Sequence record: PQ898602.1
DNA: 64,000 bases
Reading direction: 5' to 3' (one strand)
The notes beneath the pieces were generated by a model, which was not told the DNA's origin, made no database searches, and saw only the letters and a program-made list of their open reading frames with translations. Positions 7,911 to 16,962 of the stretch are shown here, one piece after another. Numbering within the stretch: the stretch's first letter is position 1; every line of letters begins with the position of its first letter. The position numbers and the translations under genes were made by a program.

Positions 7911-7984
7911 CGGGTCTTAGTTCAGTTTGGTAGAACGCTGCTTTTGGGAAGCAGAGGCCACAGGTTCAAATCCTGTAGACCCGA
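7911..7984 (+). tRNA. trnP: tRNA-Pro(UGG)
   Basis: CGGGTCT/AGACCCG acceptor, CTGCT-TTTGGGA-AGCAG arm. Confidence 0.95.
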
Positions 7985-7994
7985 TTTTAGATTT

Positions 7995-8002
7995 TATAAA
8001 TA
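7995..8002 (+). promoter_or_regulatory. T4-type late promoter
   Basis: TATAAATA 11 nt before ATG 8014. Confidence 0.65.
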
Positions 8003-8013
8003 ATCTTCAACCG

Positions 8014-8190
8014 ATGGAAGTATATTCAGTGGAATATTGGCAAGAGAATTGGGACGAATTGATGGAGAGAGTGGAGAACGGAGAGACAATAGGTATAGAA
8101 AATAAAGAGACTGGAGAGAGATGCGTAATGGTTCCTGCAGATGACGAACTTCTTCGCATTTACACCGAACAAAACAACGAAGCTTCTTGA
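8014..8190 (+). CDS. small protein, Phd/YefM antitoxin-like
   Basis: SVEYWQENWDELMERVENGETIGIE...CVMVP pattern resembles the Phd/YefM fold; ORF-track start lies inside the tRNA so corrected to 8014. Confidence 0.45.
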   Translation: MEVYSVEYWQENWDELMERVENGETIGIENKETGERCVMVPADDELLRIYTEQNNEAS

Positions 8191-8215
8191 CGGATCACCC
8201 TCAACCCCTTATAAT
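8187..8215 (+). promoter_or_regulatory. sigma70-like early promoter
   Basis: TTGACG-N17-TATAAT. Confidence 0.75.
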
Positions 8216-8238
8216 ATAGAGGTCAACCACACAGGACG

Positions 8239-8454
8239 ATGACAATCGCAACTAAGTTCAAGAAAGACATTCAAACACTCCGCGCCGCCGCGGAAGGTGA
8301 TATTTTCCTTGATGTAAAGAATCCGAAACTTTTCAAAAAGGTACGCCGTTATTATGAAAACAATGGTGTAGTCTTCTCTGGTGATCCACTTGACGATTAT
8401 GAAATCATGATGGAACACATTTATAATGATCTTGAATCTGTGGAGGTGTCGTGA
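8239..8454 (+). CDS. hypothetical protein
   Basis: 71 aa ORF, SD-like AGGA; cyanophage-like. Confidence 0.65.
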   Translation: MTIATKFKKDIQTLRAAAEGDIFLDVKNPKLFKKVRRYYENNGVVFSGDPLDDYEIMMEHIYNDLESVEVS

Positions 8455-8690
8455 AAATTCTCCTAGAGCGTTTTCCGTATCGTTACGTGGAATGTGGAAC
8501 CCTAGAAAATGGGTTCCCTGACTATCGTATTCAAAAAGCCCATCATTATACTAAGAGGTACACTGACATGTATCTCCTTGATAATCAGATGCAACTTTTG
8601 ACTGCGATTGATGATTTCGAGTACACCAAATGGTTAGATCCTGAAGGTGTACCTTGTTACATCAAAGACTCGGTATCGTCTAGAAACTAG
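8451..8690 (+). CDS. hypothetical protein
   Basis: GTG start overlapping the upstream stop; 79 aa. Confidence 0.65.
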   Translation: MKILLERFPYRYVECGTLENGFPDYRIQKAHHYTKRYTDMYLLDNQMQLLTAIDDFEYTKWLDPEGVPCYIKDSVSSRN

Positions 8691-8736
8691 CCCTGGTCGG
8701 GATCCCCCCTTTCCCCTTTCTTTGGTTTACTAAATA
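8678..8736 (+). repeat. regulatory module A (CTAG-AAA-CTAG-CCCTGGT... followed by late promoter CTAAATA)
   Basis: AAACTAGCCCTGGT resembles AAACTTACCCTGGT at 10521; CTAAATA at 8730-8736. Confidence 0.45.
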
Positions 8737-8768
8737 ACTGAAGATAAAGAAGTTATCATTGTAATAAC

Positions 8769-9308
8769 ATGGCGGCAGTCTTAACTAACTCTGGTATTCA
8801 GTTTAGTGATAACACAACTTTGAACTCTAAGTATGGTATCATACCTCAAGGTTCTCAGATGTTGTTTCGTCAAAGTTCAGCCCCAAGTGGTTGGACTAAA
8901 CAAACTAGTAGTACCTATAACAATTCAGGCTGTAGAATTGTTACTGGTAATGTGGGTACTGGTGGAAACCAAGCTTTCACCAGTTCTTTTGCTCAAAGAA
9001 ACATTCAGAGTGGAGTTAGTGTTTCGGTAAACGGCGGTAACGTTCAAAACCATACACTAAGTACACCTCAAATTCCCTCCCACAACCACCCATACCAAAG
9101 ACCTAATGCGTCTAGAGGTTATCACGGCGCTACACCAAATAGTAGTGTTCCTGCCATCTATACTACTAATGGACAGAATACTGGTAACAGAGGTAGTAAT
9201 GCCCAGCACTCTCATGGTCGTAATGGATTTTCCTCTAGTGGTAACCTAGCTACCTCTATGGACTTGAGAGTAAAGTATACAGACGTTATTATCTGTAGTT
9301 TCAACTAA
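8769..9308 (+). CDS. tail-collar/short-fibre-like virion protein
   Basis: APSGWTK, HTLSTPQIPSHNH and HSH trimeric-fibre motifs. Confidence 0.6.
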   Translation: MAAVLTNSGIQFSDNTTLNSKYGIIPQGSQMLFRQSSAPSGWTKQTSSTYNNSGCRIVTGNVGTGGNQAFTSSFAQRNIQSGVSVSVNGGNVQNHTLSTPQIPSHNHPYQRPNASRGYHGATPNSSVPAIYTTNGQNTGNRGSNAQHSHGRNGFSSSGNLATSMDLRVKYTDVIICSFN

Positions 9309-9358
9309 GTTTCCTAGTTCTTAAAACTAGGTGGTGGAGTCAAACGACCCTATAAATA
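9309..9358 (+). repeat. regulatory module B (GTTTC-hairpin-TGG plus late promoter TATAAATA)
   Basis: GTTTCCTAGTTCTTAAAACTAGGTGG similar to 10558-10587; TATAAATA at 9351-9358. Confidence 0.5.
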
Positions 9359-9384
9359 GAAAAAGAATAAGATAGATTTCAGTA

Positions 9385-9975
9385 ATGGCTCTCTTTCGTA
9401 TTAGACAACAGGGAATTGACTTCCAAGACGGAAGTCGAATGACATCTCTGTTCGATATTATTCCCAAAAATACTGGAATGCTGATTCATGCTTCAGCAGC
9501 TCCTACTGGATGGACAAAGAGAACTGATAATAGTTTTAACAATGCTGCACTGAGAATTGTCAGTCAGACTGCTTGGGTACCTAACACTCAAACAGGCAGA
9601 ACTGCATTTACTCAGGCTTTTAAGGAACACCAAAAATCACACACAATTACGAGTACAATTTCGGGATTATCGGTAGGTAACCATACCCTAACAACTCCTG
9701 AGATACCTAAGCATAATCATAATATACCTAATGCTGGTAGTGGTTCTGGTGTTGCTAATAACACTCCTAGTAATCAAGGTGGACAACGTGCTGATATGAG
9801 TGACGGCACATCAGGTAACAGAGGTAGTGATAGTGCTCATAAGCATCCTGTCAGTTATACATCAGTATCAGGTCCTCTTACTACAAATCATAATATCGCC
9901 GTTAGATACGTAGATGTTATTCTGTGTAAATATAGCGGATTTGAGTACAGCGGCAATGCTGATTCTGGATCTTGA
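9385..9975 (+). CDS. tail-collar/short-fibre-like virion protein (paralogue of 8769)
   Basis: APTGWTK, HTLTTPEIPKHNH, GNRGS..HKH, V.YVDVILC. Confidence 0.6.
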   Translation: MALFRIRQQGIDFQDGSRMTSLFDIIPKNTGMLIHASAAPTGWTKRTDNSFNNAALRIVSQTAWVPNTQTGRTAFTQAFKEHQKSHTITSTISGLSVGNHTLTTPEIPKHNHNIPNAGSGSGVANNTPSNQGGQRADMSDGTSGNRGSDSAHKHPVSYTSVSGPLTTNHNIAVRYVDVILCKYSGFEYSGNADSGS

Positions 9976-9999
9976 TCAATTTCTTTTTTTATTATGTGA

Positions 10000-10503
10000 G
10001 TGATGTCACAAGATCATATAATTGTTGTAAATAACTTTCTTCCAGAAACTAAGTTTAAAAGTTTTCAAAAGTATTTTTTTGATACTTACACTGAAGAAAA
10101 TTGTTGTATCCACTATTATTCTGTAGGTGAAACGCATAGTCGTAGTGACATGTGTTTGCATTTATTAAATTATGCCTCAAATTATTTTGATCTATCCAAA
10201 TGTGTTGGATATGAATTGTGGTGTCAACACAATACCAAACCAGAATCAAAAGGTCCAAATGGTGGATGGCATTTTGACAAGGATGAGGTTCTTGAAGAAC
10301 AAACAGGAGAATTAAAATTTCCTCTGTGTTCAATAATCTATTACGTAAATGTTCAGTATCTAACTGGTGGATGTCTTTATGTTGAAGACATGAAGATTCC
10401 TCCTCAAAACAATCGACTTGTATTGATTCCTCCTGGAAAAGAACATTGTGTTGAAGAGTTTGGAGGGAAAAGAACATCTATGATAATCAATCCCTGGAAT
10501 TAG
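10000..10503 (+). CDS. 2OG-Fe(II) oxygenase
   Basis: WHFDKDE, GGCL, PPGKEHCV...R. Confidence 0.8.
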   Translation: MMSQDHIIVVNNFLPETKFKSFQKYFFDTYTEENCCIHYYSVGETHSRSDMCLHLLNYASNYFDLSKCVGYELWCQHNTKPESKGPNGGWHFDKDEVLEEQTGELKFPLCSIIYYVNVQYLTGGCLYVEDMKIPPQNNRLVLIPPGKEHCVEEFGGKRTSMIINPWN

Positions 10504-10600
10504 AGTCCTGGAATGACGATAAACTTACCCTGGTGCGGATGGGATAACTCCCGCCAGGTTTCTTGTTTCCTGTAAAAGAACAAGTGGCGTGCATGTAAAG
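10504..10600 (+). ncRNA. structured RNA, probably wcaG RNA motif (module C)
   Basis: GGTGCGGATGGG-ATAA-CTCCCGCC hairpin then CTTGTT/AACAAG hairpin and TGGCGTGCATG; lies upstream of the sugar-epimerase operon as expected for cyanophage wcaG RNAs; family name from memory. Confidence 0.6.
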
Positions 10601-10609
10601 ACCTAAATA

Positions 10610-10634
10610 AGAGAGTCACAGGACTCTCTTTTTT
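10610..10634 (+). terminator. intrinsic terminator-like hairpin
   Basis: GAGAGTC-ACAG-GACTCTC followed by T6; CTAAATA late promoter at 10603-10609. Confidence 0.65.
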
Positions 10635-10640
10635 AATGCG

Positions 10641-12233
10641 ATGAGGATACTAGCAATTCATGCAGGTCACGATTCAAATGCCTGTGTTTATGAAGAAGGT
10701 AAATTGGAAAAATATTTACTAACAGAGAGAGTTACTGGTAAGAAACACGATAGAGATATCTACTCACTATTACCTGAATTCCTATCTAGTCAAAAAGAAG
10801 AAGCAGATCGTATTTTGATTAGTGGAGAAAAAAGACTTCTAGATCTTATTGCAGAACATTATCCATTTGAAGTAGGTGGTCCAGGCCTACGTCAGACTAG
10901 AGGAGGTACGGTTGTTTTGTCTGTCGAAGGGCATCATCAACATCATGCCGATCTTGCATTTTGGAATAGTGGTTTTGATAAAAGTATTGTATTAGTTGTA
11001 GACTCTCAAGGTCATCATGTAAATAAACAAAAGAATGATCTTGTAGAATCTGAAAGCATTTATGTTTATGATAGGTTGAAAAAACCTTCGAGATTATATA
11101 AAAGTGTTATTAGATGTGTCCCCGAAGAAGGCGTAGATAGTGGTAGAAAATTTGAAAGAATTCAAACACAATATTCTCATAAGAATAATTTTGGTTTAGG
11201 ATCTTTTTATGATATTGCTGCAAAATATATTGGTGGAACTAACGATGATTGTGGTAAAGCGATGGCACTCGCTGCTTATGGTGAACCAACTCCAAAGTAT
11301 AAGTTCTTTTTGAAAGGTAATAGTTTCAATAATGAAGGTGCATTTGAACACTATGATGGTGACATTGCGAAGGGAATAACTAATGCGAATCATAAGAAGT
11401 ATGCGGATTTCTGCTACGAGACGCAGAGACAAACAGAAAAGGCATTGGGCGATCTTGTTGCGAGTTCAGTGGCCTCAACAGGTATAAAAAAAGTTTGTGT
11501 ATCTGGTGGATATGCAATGAATGTTGTTGCTAATTATTATCTAACTCAGAGATTTCCTGATGTTGATTTTTACTTTGAACCCATGTGTGGTGATAGTGGA
11601 CTATCAATTGGGTATGCAATGAGTCATTATGCTATGAAGGGTGGAGTTCCAGAACCATTAGGAACTACATTTTTACATGGAGAGGTTTATGAAAACAACC
11701 ATGTGGGTGAGGAGAAGAGTCTAAAGGACATTGCAAAACTCCTTTATGGTGATAAGTCTGTTGCAGTCTATAAGGGTCTTGCAGAAGCAGGTCAACGTGC
11801 TTTGGGTAATAGATCAATTCTGTTCAATCCATTGAATAGAAAGGCAAAAGAAATTGTTAATAAGATCAAAAAGAGAGAATGGTATAGACCTTTTGCTGCA
11901 GTTGTATTGGAAGAGGATGCTCATCTTTTCTTTGACAATGTGATTGCCAATGAATACATGACCATGTGTTTCCCAGTTAATAAAGGTCTAGGTCTTATGA
12001 TTCCTGGGGTTACTCATGTAGATAAAACATGCAGAGTTCAGACTGTTTCTAGTGGTTATCTTTATGAACTTCTAAAAGAGTTTAAAGAATTATCTGGGTA
12101 TGGTATTTTACTGAACACCAGTCTAAATCTCGCAGGTGATCCTCTGGTAGAGACTCCCGAACAAGCAGTGTCCCTTCTCAAAAACTCTAGTCTAGATCAC
12201 CTTTGGTTCGCAGATACTGGTCAAATGCTCTGA
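10641..12233 (+). CDS. carbamoyltransferase (NodU/CmcH family)
   Basis: GHDS, HHQHHA, SGGYAMN, RALGNRSIL, KKREWYRPFA, NTSLN. Confidence 0.9.
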   Translation: MRILAIHAGHDSNACVYEEGKLEKYLLTERVTGKKHDRDIYSLLPEFLSSQKEEADRILISGEKRLLDLIAEHYPFEVGGPGLRQTRGGTVVLSVEGHHQHHADLAFWNSGFDKSIVLVVDSQGHHVNKQKNDLVESESIYVYDRLKKPSRLYKSVIRCVPEEGVDSGRKFERIQTQYSHKNNFGLGSFYDIAAKYIGGTNDDCGKAMALAAYGEPTPKYKFFLKGNSFNNEGAFEHYDGDIAKGITNANHKKYADFCYETQRQTEKALGDLVASSVASTGIKKVCVSGGYAMNVVANYYLTQRFPDVDFYFEPMCGDSGLSIGYAMSHYAMKGGVPEPLGTTFLHGEVYENNHVGEEKSLKDIAKLLYGDKSVAVYKGLAEAGQRALGNRSILFNPLNRKAKEIVNKIKKREWYRPFAAVVLEEDAHLFFDNVIANEYMTMCFPVNKGLGLMIPGVTHVDKTCRVQTVSSGYLYELLKEFKELSGYGILLNTSLNLAGDPLVETPEQAVSLLKNSSLDHLWFADTGQML

Positions 12234-12275
12234 AATAAAGTATAATATATACTATGATATAATTACTCCTTTATC

Positions 12276-13322
12276 ATGAGTGAATACATTAAAAAGGCAC
12301 TTGTACTTGGTGCTGGTGGCTTCATTGGAAGTCATATGGTAAAACGCCTCAAATCCGAGGGATATTGGGTTCGTGGTGTTGACCTCAAGTACCCCGAGTT
12401 TTCTGTGACTGCTGCTGATGAGTTTGTCCAAGGAGACTTGCGGGATGTAGACTTCGTTCGCCGTTGCCTGGAGTTCAAAGGTGACAGAGGTAATTTCTAT
12501 AATTCAGTTCCTTATCAATACATTGAGCCTTTTGATGAAATCTATCAGTTTGCTGCTGATATGGGTGGGGCTGGTTTTGTCTTTACTGGCGAAAACGATG
12601 CTGATATTATGCATAATTCTGTTAGTATTAATCTGAATGTTCTTGAAGAACAACGTAAACTAAACGAATCTAAGGAAGTTAATAAGACTAAGATTTTCTA
12701 CTCTGGATCAGCTTGCATGTATCCAGAACATAATCAACTAGATCCTGATAACCCTGACTGCCGTGAAGAATCTGCCTACCCTGCGAACCCTGATTCGGAG
12801 TATGGATGGGAGAAACTCTTCAGTGAACGTCTATACTTTGCTTATAATCGTAATTACGGCATCCCTGTTCGCGTCACTCGTTACCATAACATCTTCGGAC
12901 CTGAAGGAACCTGGGAGGGTGGAAGAGAGAAAGCGCCAGCTGCAATCTGCCGTAAAGTCGCTTACCTCCCAGAGGTCGGTGGAGCTATCGAGGTGTGGGG
13001 AGATGGCCTACAGACTCGTTCCTTCCTGTTCATTGACGAATGCATTGAAGCGTCTCGACGACTCATGGACTCCGAGTTCATTGGACCAGTAAATATTGGT
13101 TCCGAAGAAATGGTTACTATCAATGAGTTGGTAGAAACCGCTGCTCGTGTTTCTGGTAAAGAAGTTACCAAGATGCACATTGACGGACCAACTGGTGTCC
13201 GTGGACGTAACTCTAACAATGACGTAGTTCGTAGAGAACTAGGTTGGGATTACTCTCAGTCTCTAGAAGAGGGTATCCGCAAAACATACGAATGGATTTC
13301 TGCACAAATCGCTAAGAACTAA
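12276..13322 (+). CDS. NAD-dependent epimerase, GDP-mannose 3,5-epimerase-like
   Basis: GAGGFIG, FAADMGGAGF, SACMYP, YGWEK, WGDGLQTRSF. Confidence 0.9.
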   Translation: MSEYIKKALVLGAGGFIGSHMVKRLKSEGYWVRGVDLKYPEFSVTAADEFVQGDLRDVDFVRRCLEFKGDRGNFYNSVPYQYIEPFDEIYQFAADMGGAGFVFTGENDADIMHNSVSINLNVLEEQRKLNESKEVNKTKIFYSGSACMYPEHNQLDPDNPDCREESAYPANPDSEYGWEKLFSERLYFAYNRNYGIPVRVTRYHNIFGPEGTWEGGREKAPAAICRKVAYLPEVGGAIEVWGDGLQTRSFLFIDECIEASRRLMDSEFIGPVNIGSEEMVTINELVETAARVSGKEVTKMHIDGPTGVRGRNSNNDVVRRELGWDYSQSLEEGIRKTYEWISAQIAKN

Positions 13323-13323
13323 A

Positions 13324-13893
13324 ATGAAAATTGAAATTGTAAAGGATCAGGTCCGTGAACTTGATCATGCTCATCTGAGACAACTTTCTCTCAATGAAAA
13401 TGACTGGTTGCCTGCAGGTCAGAGTGAGTATCGTTTTTATGCATACCTCTCTACTTTCTTTAATAACACCACTATCCTAGACATCGGTACTCGTACTGGT
13501 GGTTCTGCACTTGCACTTTCCTACAATCCTACCAATCAAGTTCGCAGTTATGACTTGATTGAACAGGGTGCAAGTTCTATTGAGAAAGAAAATATCACCT
13601 GGAACATTGGTGACTTCATGCAAGATGAAGAGATCGACTGGGACAATGTTTCGATTGTCATGATTGATGTCGATCCTCATGATGGATCCCAAGAACGTGT
13701 TATGATGGACTGGTTGCGTGAGAAGGGATGGAAAGGTCTACTTCTTCACGATGATATTGGACCTGGTTGGCCTGATATTCAATTGATGTGGGATGAAATT
13801 CCCGAACCTAAAATTGACGTTACTGAGATTGCTCATATGAGTGGTACTGGTCTTGTCAACTTTGGTGAAGCACACGAAATTGCTCTTGTCTGA
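13324..13893 (+). CDS. class I SAM-dependent methyltransferase
   Basis: ILDIGTRTGGS, IDVDPH, LLLHDD. Confidence 0.75.
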   Translation: MKIEIVKDQVRELDHAHLRQLSLNENDWLPAGQSEYRFYAYLSTFFNNTTILDIGTRTGGSALALSYNPTNQVRSYDLIEQGASSIEKENITWNIGDFMQDEEIDWDNVSIVMIDVDPHDGSQERVMMDWLREKGWKGLLLHDDIGPGWPDIQLMWDEIPEPKIDVTEIAHMSGTGLVNFGEAHEIALV

Positions 13894-14747
13894 TGAAAGT
13901 TTTAAATCTTGGTTCTAGTGGTCAGGTGGGTGCATACCTGACCGAATATCTTCGTAAGAAAGGTCATGAGGTAATTGAGTTCGATCGGAACCGACATCAT
14001 GGGGAAGATATGACTCAAATCCCCAACCACAATCTTGATCGTGCAGTGAGGGAATGTGACTTCTGTTTCTTCCTTGCATTTGATGTTGGTGGATCTCGTT
14101 ACCTGAAAAAGTATCAACATACCTTCAGGTTCCTTGATAACAATGCTCGATTGATGACACAGACCTTTGGTCTACTTGAGAAGTACAATAAACCATTTGT
14201 CTTCGCATCATCTCAGATGAGTAACATGTCTTACTCACCTTATGGTGTGATGAAACGAGTTGGAGAACTCTACACCAAGTCTCTTGGTGGTAAGATTGTT
14301 CACTTCTGGAATGTCTATGGTATTGAAAAAGACATGGACAAAGCACACGTCATCACTGACTTCATTAAAAAAGGATTTGAGACTGGTGACATCTCTATGT
14401 TGACAGATGGAACTGAACAACGTGAGTTCCTCTATGCAGAAGATTGTTGTGAAGCACTAGAGTCTGTCATGGAGAACTACGATGAACTAAGTTCAGATGA
14501 TAACCTCCATATCACATCCTTTGACGCTACTACTATTCTTGACATCGGACACATTATCCAAGGTCTATTTGCAGAGATTGGTCGTAGTGTGAGTGTCACA
14601 CCTGCAGAATCTAAGGATGAGGTTCAGAAAGATAAGAGGAATGAAGCTGATAAATTCATTACTAAGTATTGGAAACCTAAAACTACTATTCAAGAAGGTA
14701 TCCGTAACGTATTCAATGACATGAAAGGGGAGTTTAATAATGCCTGA
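13893..14747 (+). CDS. NAD-dependent epimerase/dehydratase (WcaG-like)
   Basis: GSSGQVG, YGVMK, NVYG, DGTEQREF. Confidence 0.85.
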   Translation: MKVLNLGSSGQVGAYLTEYLRKKGHEVIEFDRNRHHGEDMTQIPNHNLDRAVRECDFCFFLAFDVGGSRYLKKYQHTFRFLDNNARLMTQTFGLLEKYNKPFVFASSQMSNMSYSPYGVMKRVGELYTKSLGGKIVHFWNVYGIEKDMDKAHVITDFIKKGFETGDISMLTDGTEQREFLYAEDCCEALESVMENYDELSSDDNLHITSFDATTILDIGHIIQGLFAEIGRSVSVTPAESKDEVQKDKRNEADKFITKYWKPKTTIQEGIRNVFNDMKGEFNNA

Positions 14748-15381
14748 TATGTACCAGGAGGTAGATAATATCTTCCCCCAGTTTGCTAACAATGATTCCT
14801 GTGACATTGTATTCTTTTCCGAAGAGATTCAAGATCTAGACGAAGGATGTATTGTTGAGTTTGGTGTTGCATCTGCACAGACCACTATTGAGATGGCACG
14901 ATGTAATCCAGATCGACCTCTATTTGCTTTCGATCATTTCCTTGGTCTTGAACAAACCTCAAAACCTACTCCCGAACATGCTGGATGGGGTGAAGGTGCA
15001 TTCCGTGTTGGTGATCCAGATCATCCTTGGATCCCTGATTCTATCGAGGGTGTTTTCAAGAAACTGGAACGTTATAAGAATGTCAATCTATTCGTAGAAG
15101 ATGTTCATGAACTGAAAGATCCATCCGAGTATGGTATTGGTAAGGTTGCTGCAGTCAATGTTGACGTTGACATTTATGAACCTACAGTATCTTGTCTAAA
15201 TTATATTGATCGACTTGAATGGGATAAACTTTATATCCGATTCGATGACTGGCATGGTCACGATCCTCAGTTCGACCACCACGAAAGACTCGCTGCCCGT
15301 GAGTGGTTAGATAGAAATCCACATTATAAATTTGACATTCCTCAAAACGGACATGTCGGTGGTATGTACGTCTGGAGATGA
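14740..15381 (+). CDS. TylF/MycF-like O-methyltransferase
   Basis: IVEFGV, FDHFLG, VDVDIYEPT, RFDDW. Confidence 0.75.
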   Translation: MPDMYQEVDNIFPQFANNDSCDIVFFSEEIQDLDEGCIVEFGVASAQTTIEMARCNPDRPLFAFDHFLGLEQTSKPTPEHAGWGEGAFRVGDPDHPWIPDSIEGVFKKLERYKNVNLFVEDVHELKDPSEYGIGKVAAVNVDVDIYEPTVSCLNYIDRLEWDKLYIRFDDWHGHDPQFDHHERLAAREWLDRNPHYKFDIPQNGHVGGMYVWR

Positions 15382-15382
15382 C

Positions 15383-16186
15383 ATGGAAAAGTTCAAAATT
15401 AATCTAATTTGTAATGACTCCCTGAAACCATCTACATCAGATAAGAATGTTTCTCAACATACTGAATGGGTGTACGATGGTAGTGGTGCGGTAAGTCTTT
15501 ACGTCAATCAAAGATCGTTAGATGTTCTATCTGACGTATCTAATACACCAAAATATATTTGGTTGTTGGAATCTCAACAGATCATCTCAGGTGTGTATGA
15601 ATGGATCATCAACAATTATGATTTTGTTGCATCCAGAGTTGATGGTATCTTCTCTTGTGATGAGAACCTTTGTCAAAGATATGACAAGTTCAAGTATTGC
15701 ATCAGTAATGCTGCTCCTTGGATCGAAGAACGAGAGATTTATGAGAAGACTAAACTAGTCTCTATGATCTCCTCAAATAAATCTATGGTTCCTGGTCATG
15801 TCAAACGACTGGAATTTGTAGAGAAGTTCCGAGATCATGTTGACTTGTATGGTCGTGGATTCCGTGATCTTCCCCGAAAAGAAGAAGGACTTAAAGACTA
15901 CATGTTCTCTATCGCAGTAGAGAATGCCGTGTACGATACATACTTTACAGAGAAACTTACAGATTGTTTCGCTACTGGAACAATTCCTATCTTTTACGGA
16001 TCAAAGAAGGTCATCAAGAAATACTTCAACCCCGATGGGGTAATCTTCCTAGATGATAATTTCGACATTTCTACATTGACGGAAGATCTCTATTACTCTA
16101 AAATGGACGCGATCAAGGACAATTTTGAACGTGCTTGTCGTTGGCCAGTTGCAGAAGACTTTCTTTACAAACAATATTGGACATGA
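15383..16186 (+). CDS. glycosyltransferase, GT10 (fucosyltransferase)-like
   Basis: VDLYGRG, YMFSIAVEN, YFTEKLTDCF..GTIPIFYG. Confidence 0.75.
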   Translation: MEKFKINLICNDSLKPSTSDKNVSQHTEWVYDGSGAVSLYVNQRSLDVLSDVSNTPKYIWLLESQQIISGVYEWIINNYDFVASRVDGIFSCDENLCQRYDKFKYCISNAAPWIEEREIYEKTKLVSMISSNKSMVPGHVKRLEFVEKFRDHVDLYGRGFRDLPRKEEGLKDYMFSIAVENAVYDTYFTEKLTDCFATGTIPIFYGSKKVIKKYFNPDGVIFLDDNFDISTLTEDLYYSKMDAIKDNFERACRWPVAEDFLYKQYWT

Positions 16187-16962
16187 GTACATACAAAGGA
16201 TGGGAAGCGGAAGCTAAGTACGCTAACGAATATCTAGATGCCTGTCGTAGTGCAGTTGCAGATGATGAAATCTTCGCAAGATTCAAATCATTGGAAGGAT
16301 ACAAACATATCCTTGAACATGTAACTCCACGTCAGGGTGGAGAGTATCTTCTTGAGGCACTTGAAATGTCTGAAGAAGGTCTCTTGGAAAATATCGAAGC
16401 CTTTAAGGAGAATGATTCTATCGGTGCTCCCGATACATTTTCTTATAGAGAAACGGGTAAAATCTCTCCCACTACAATTCGATATATCAAAAACGTCTTT
16501 GAGATGGCTACTCTCCTTGGAGAGACTCCTATCAGTCGTGTAGTAGAAGTTGGTGGCGGGTATGGTGGTCTTTGCAAGACTCTCAGCGTAGTATGTGATT
16601 TCGACGAATATATTTTAGTAGACCTTCCTGAAGCAGTTGCAGTTCAGGAAAAATTCATTAGTAACTTCCCTGAACTTCATAAGAAGTGTAAGTTTGTAAG
16701 TTGTGATGACGTAGAAGAAGTAAAGGATGTAGATCTGTTTATTAGTAACTATGCACTATCTGAGTGTGATTATGATACTCAAGTGAACTACTATGATAAA
16801 TTGGTTGCAAACTCTAAGTATGCTTATATTATCTACAATCTTGTCAACTTTAATGATTTCTATTATAATAAATTTACAACTCGAATGAGTGAGACTTTCG
16901 AGTTCACCACTCATAAAGACTACGAGAACACAGTAATCCTAGCAAAAGAAAAGGGCCTATGA
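16183..16962 (+). CDS. putative sugar O-methyltransferase
   Basis: SPTTIRY, VVEVGGGYGGL, VDLPE, DLFISNYALSEC. Confidence 0.75.
   Translation: MSTYKGWEAEAKYANEYLDACRSAVADDEIFARFKSLEGYKHILEHVTPRQGGEYLLEALEMSEEGLLENIEAFKENDSIGAPDTFSYRETGKISPTTIRYIKNVFEMATLLGETPISRVVEVGGGYGGLCKTLSVVCDFDEYILVDLPEAVAVQEKFISNFPELHKKCKFVSCDDVEEVKDVDLFISNYALSECDYDTQVNYYDKLVANSKYAYIIYNLVNFNDFYYNKFTTRMSETFEFTTHKDYENTVILAKEKGL

Noticed and set aside
7927-8013. N-terminal extensions of ORF-track calls (7927, 5811, 23212, 30124, 59509 and others)
   Set aside because: They overlap tRNAs or upstream genes; downstream ATGs with SD or ATGA coupling were used instead
9309-10600. GTTTC-initiated repeats as a CRISPR mini-array
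   Set aside because: Only two divergent units separated by whole genes, with no regular repeat-spacer period and no cas genes; kept as regulatory modules instead
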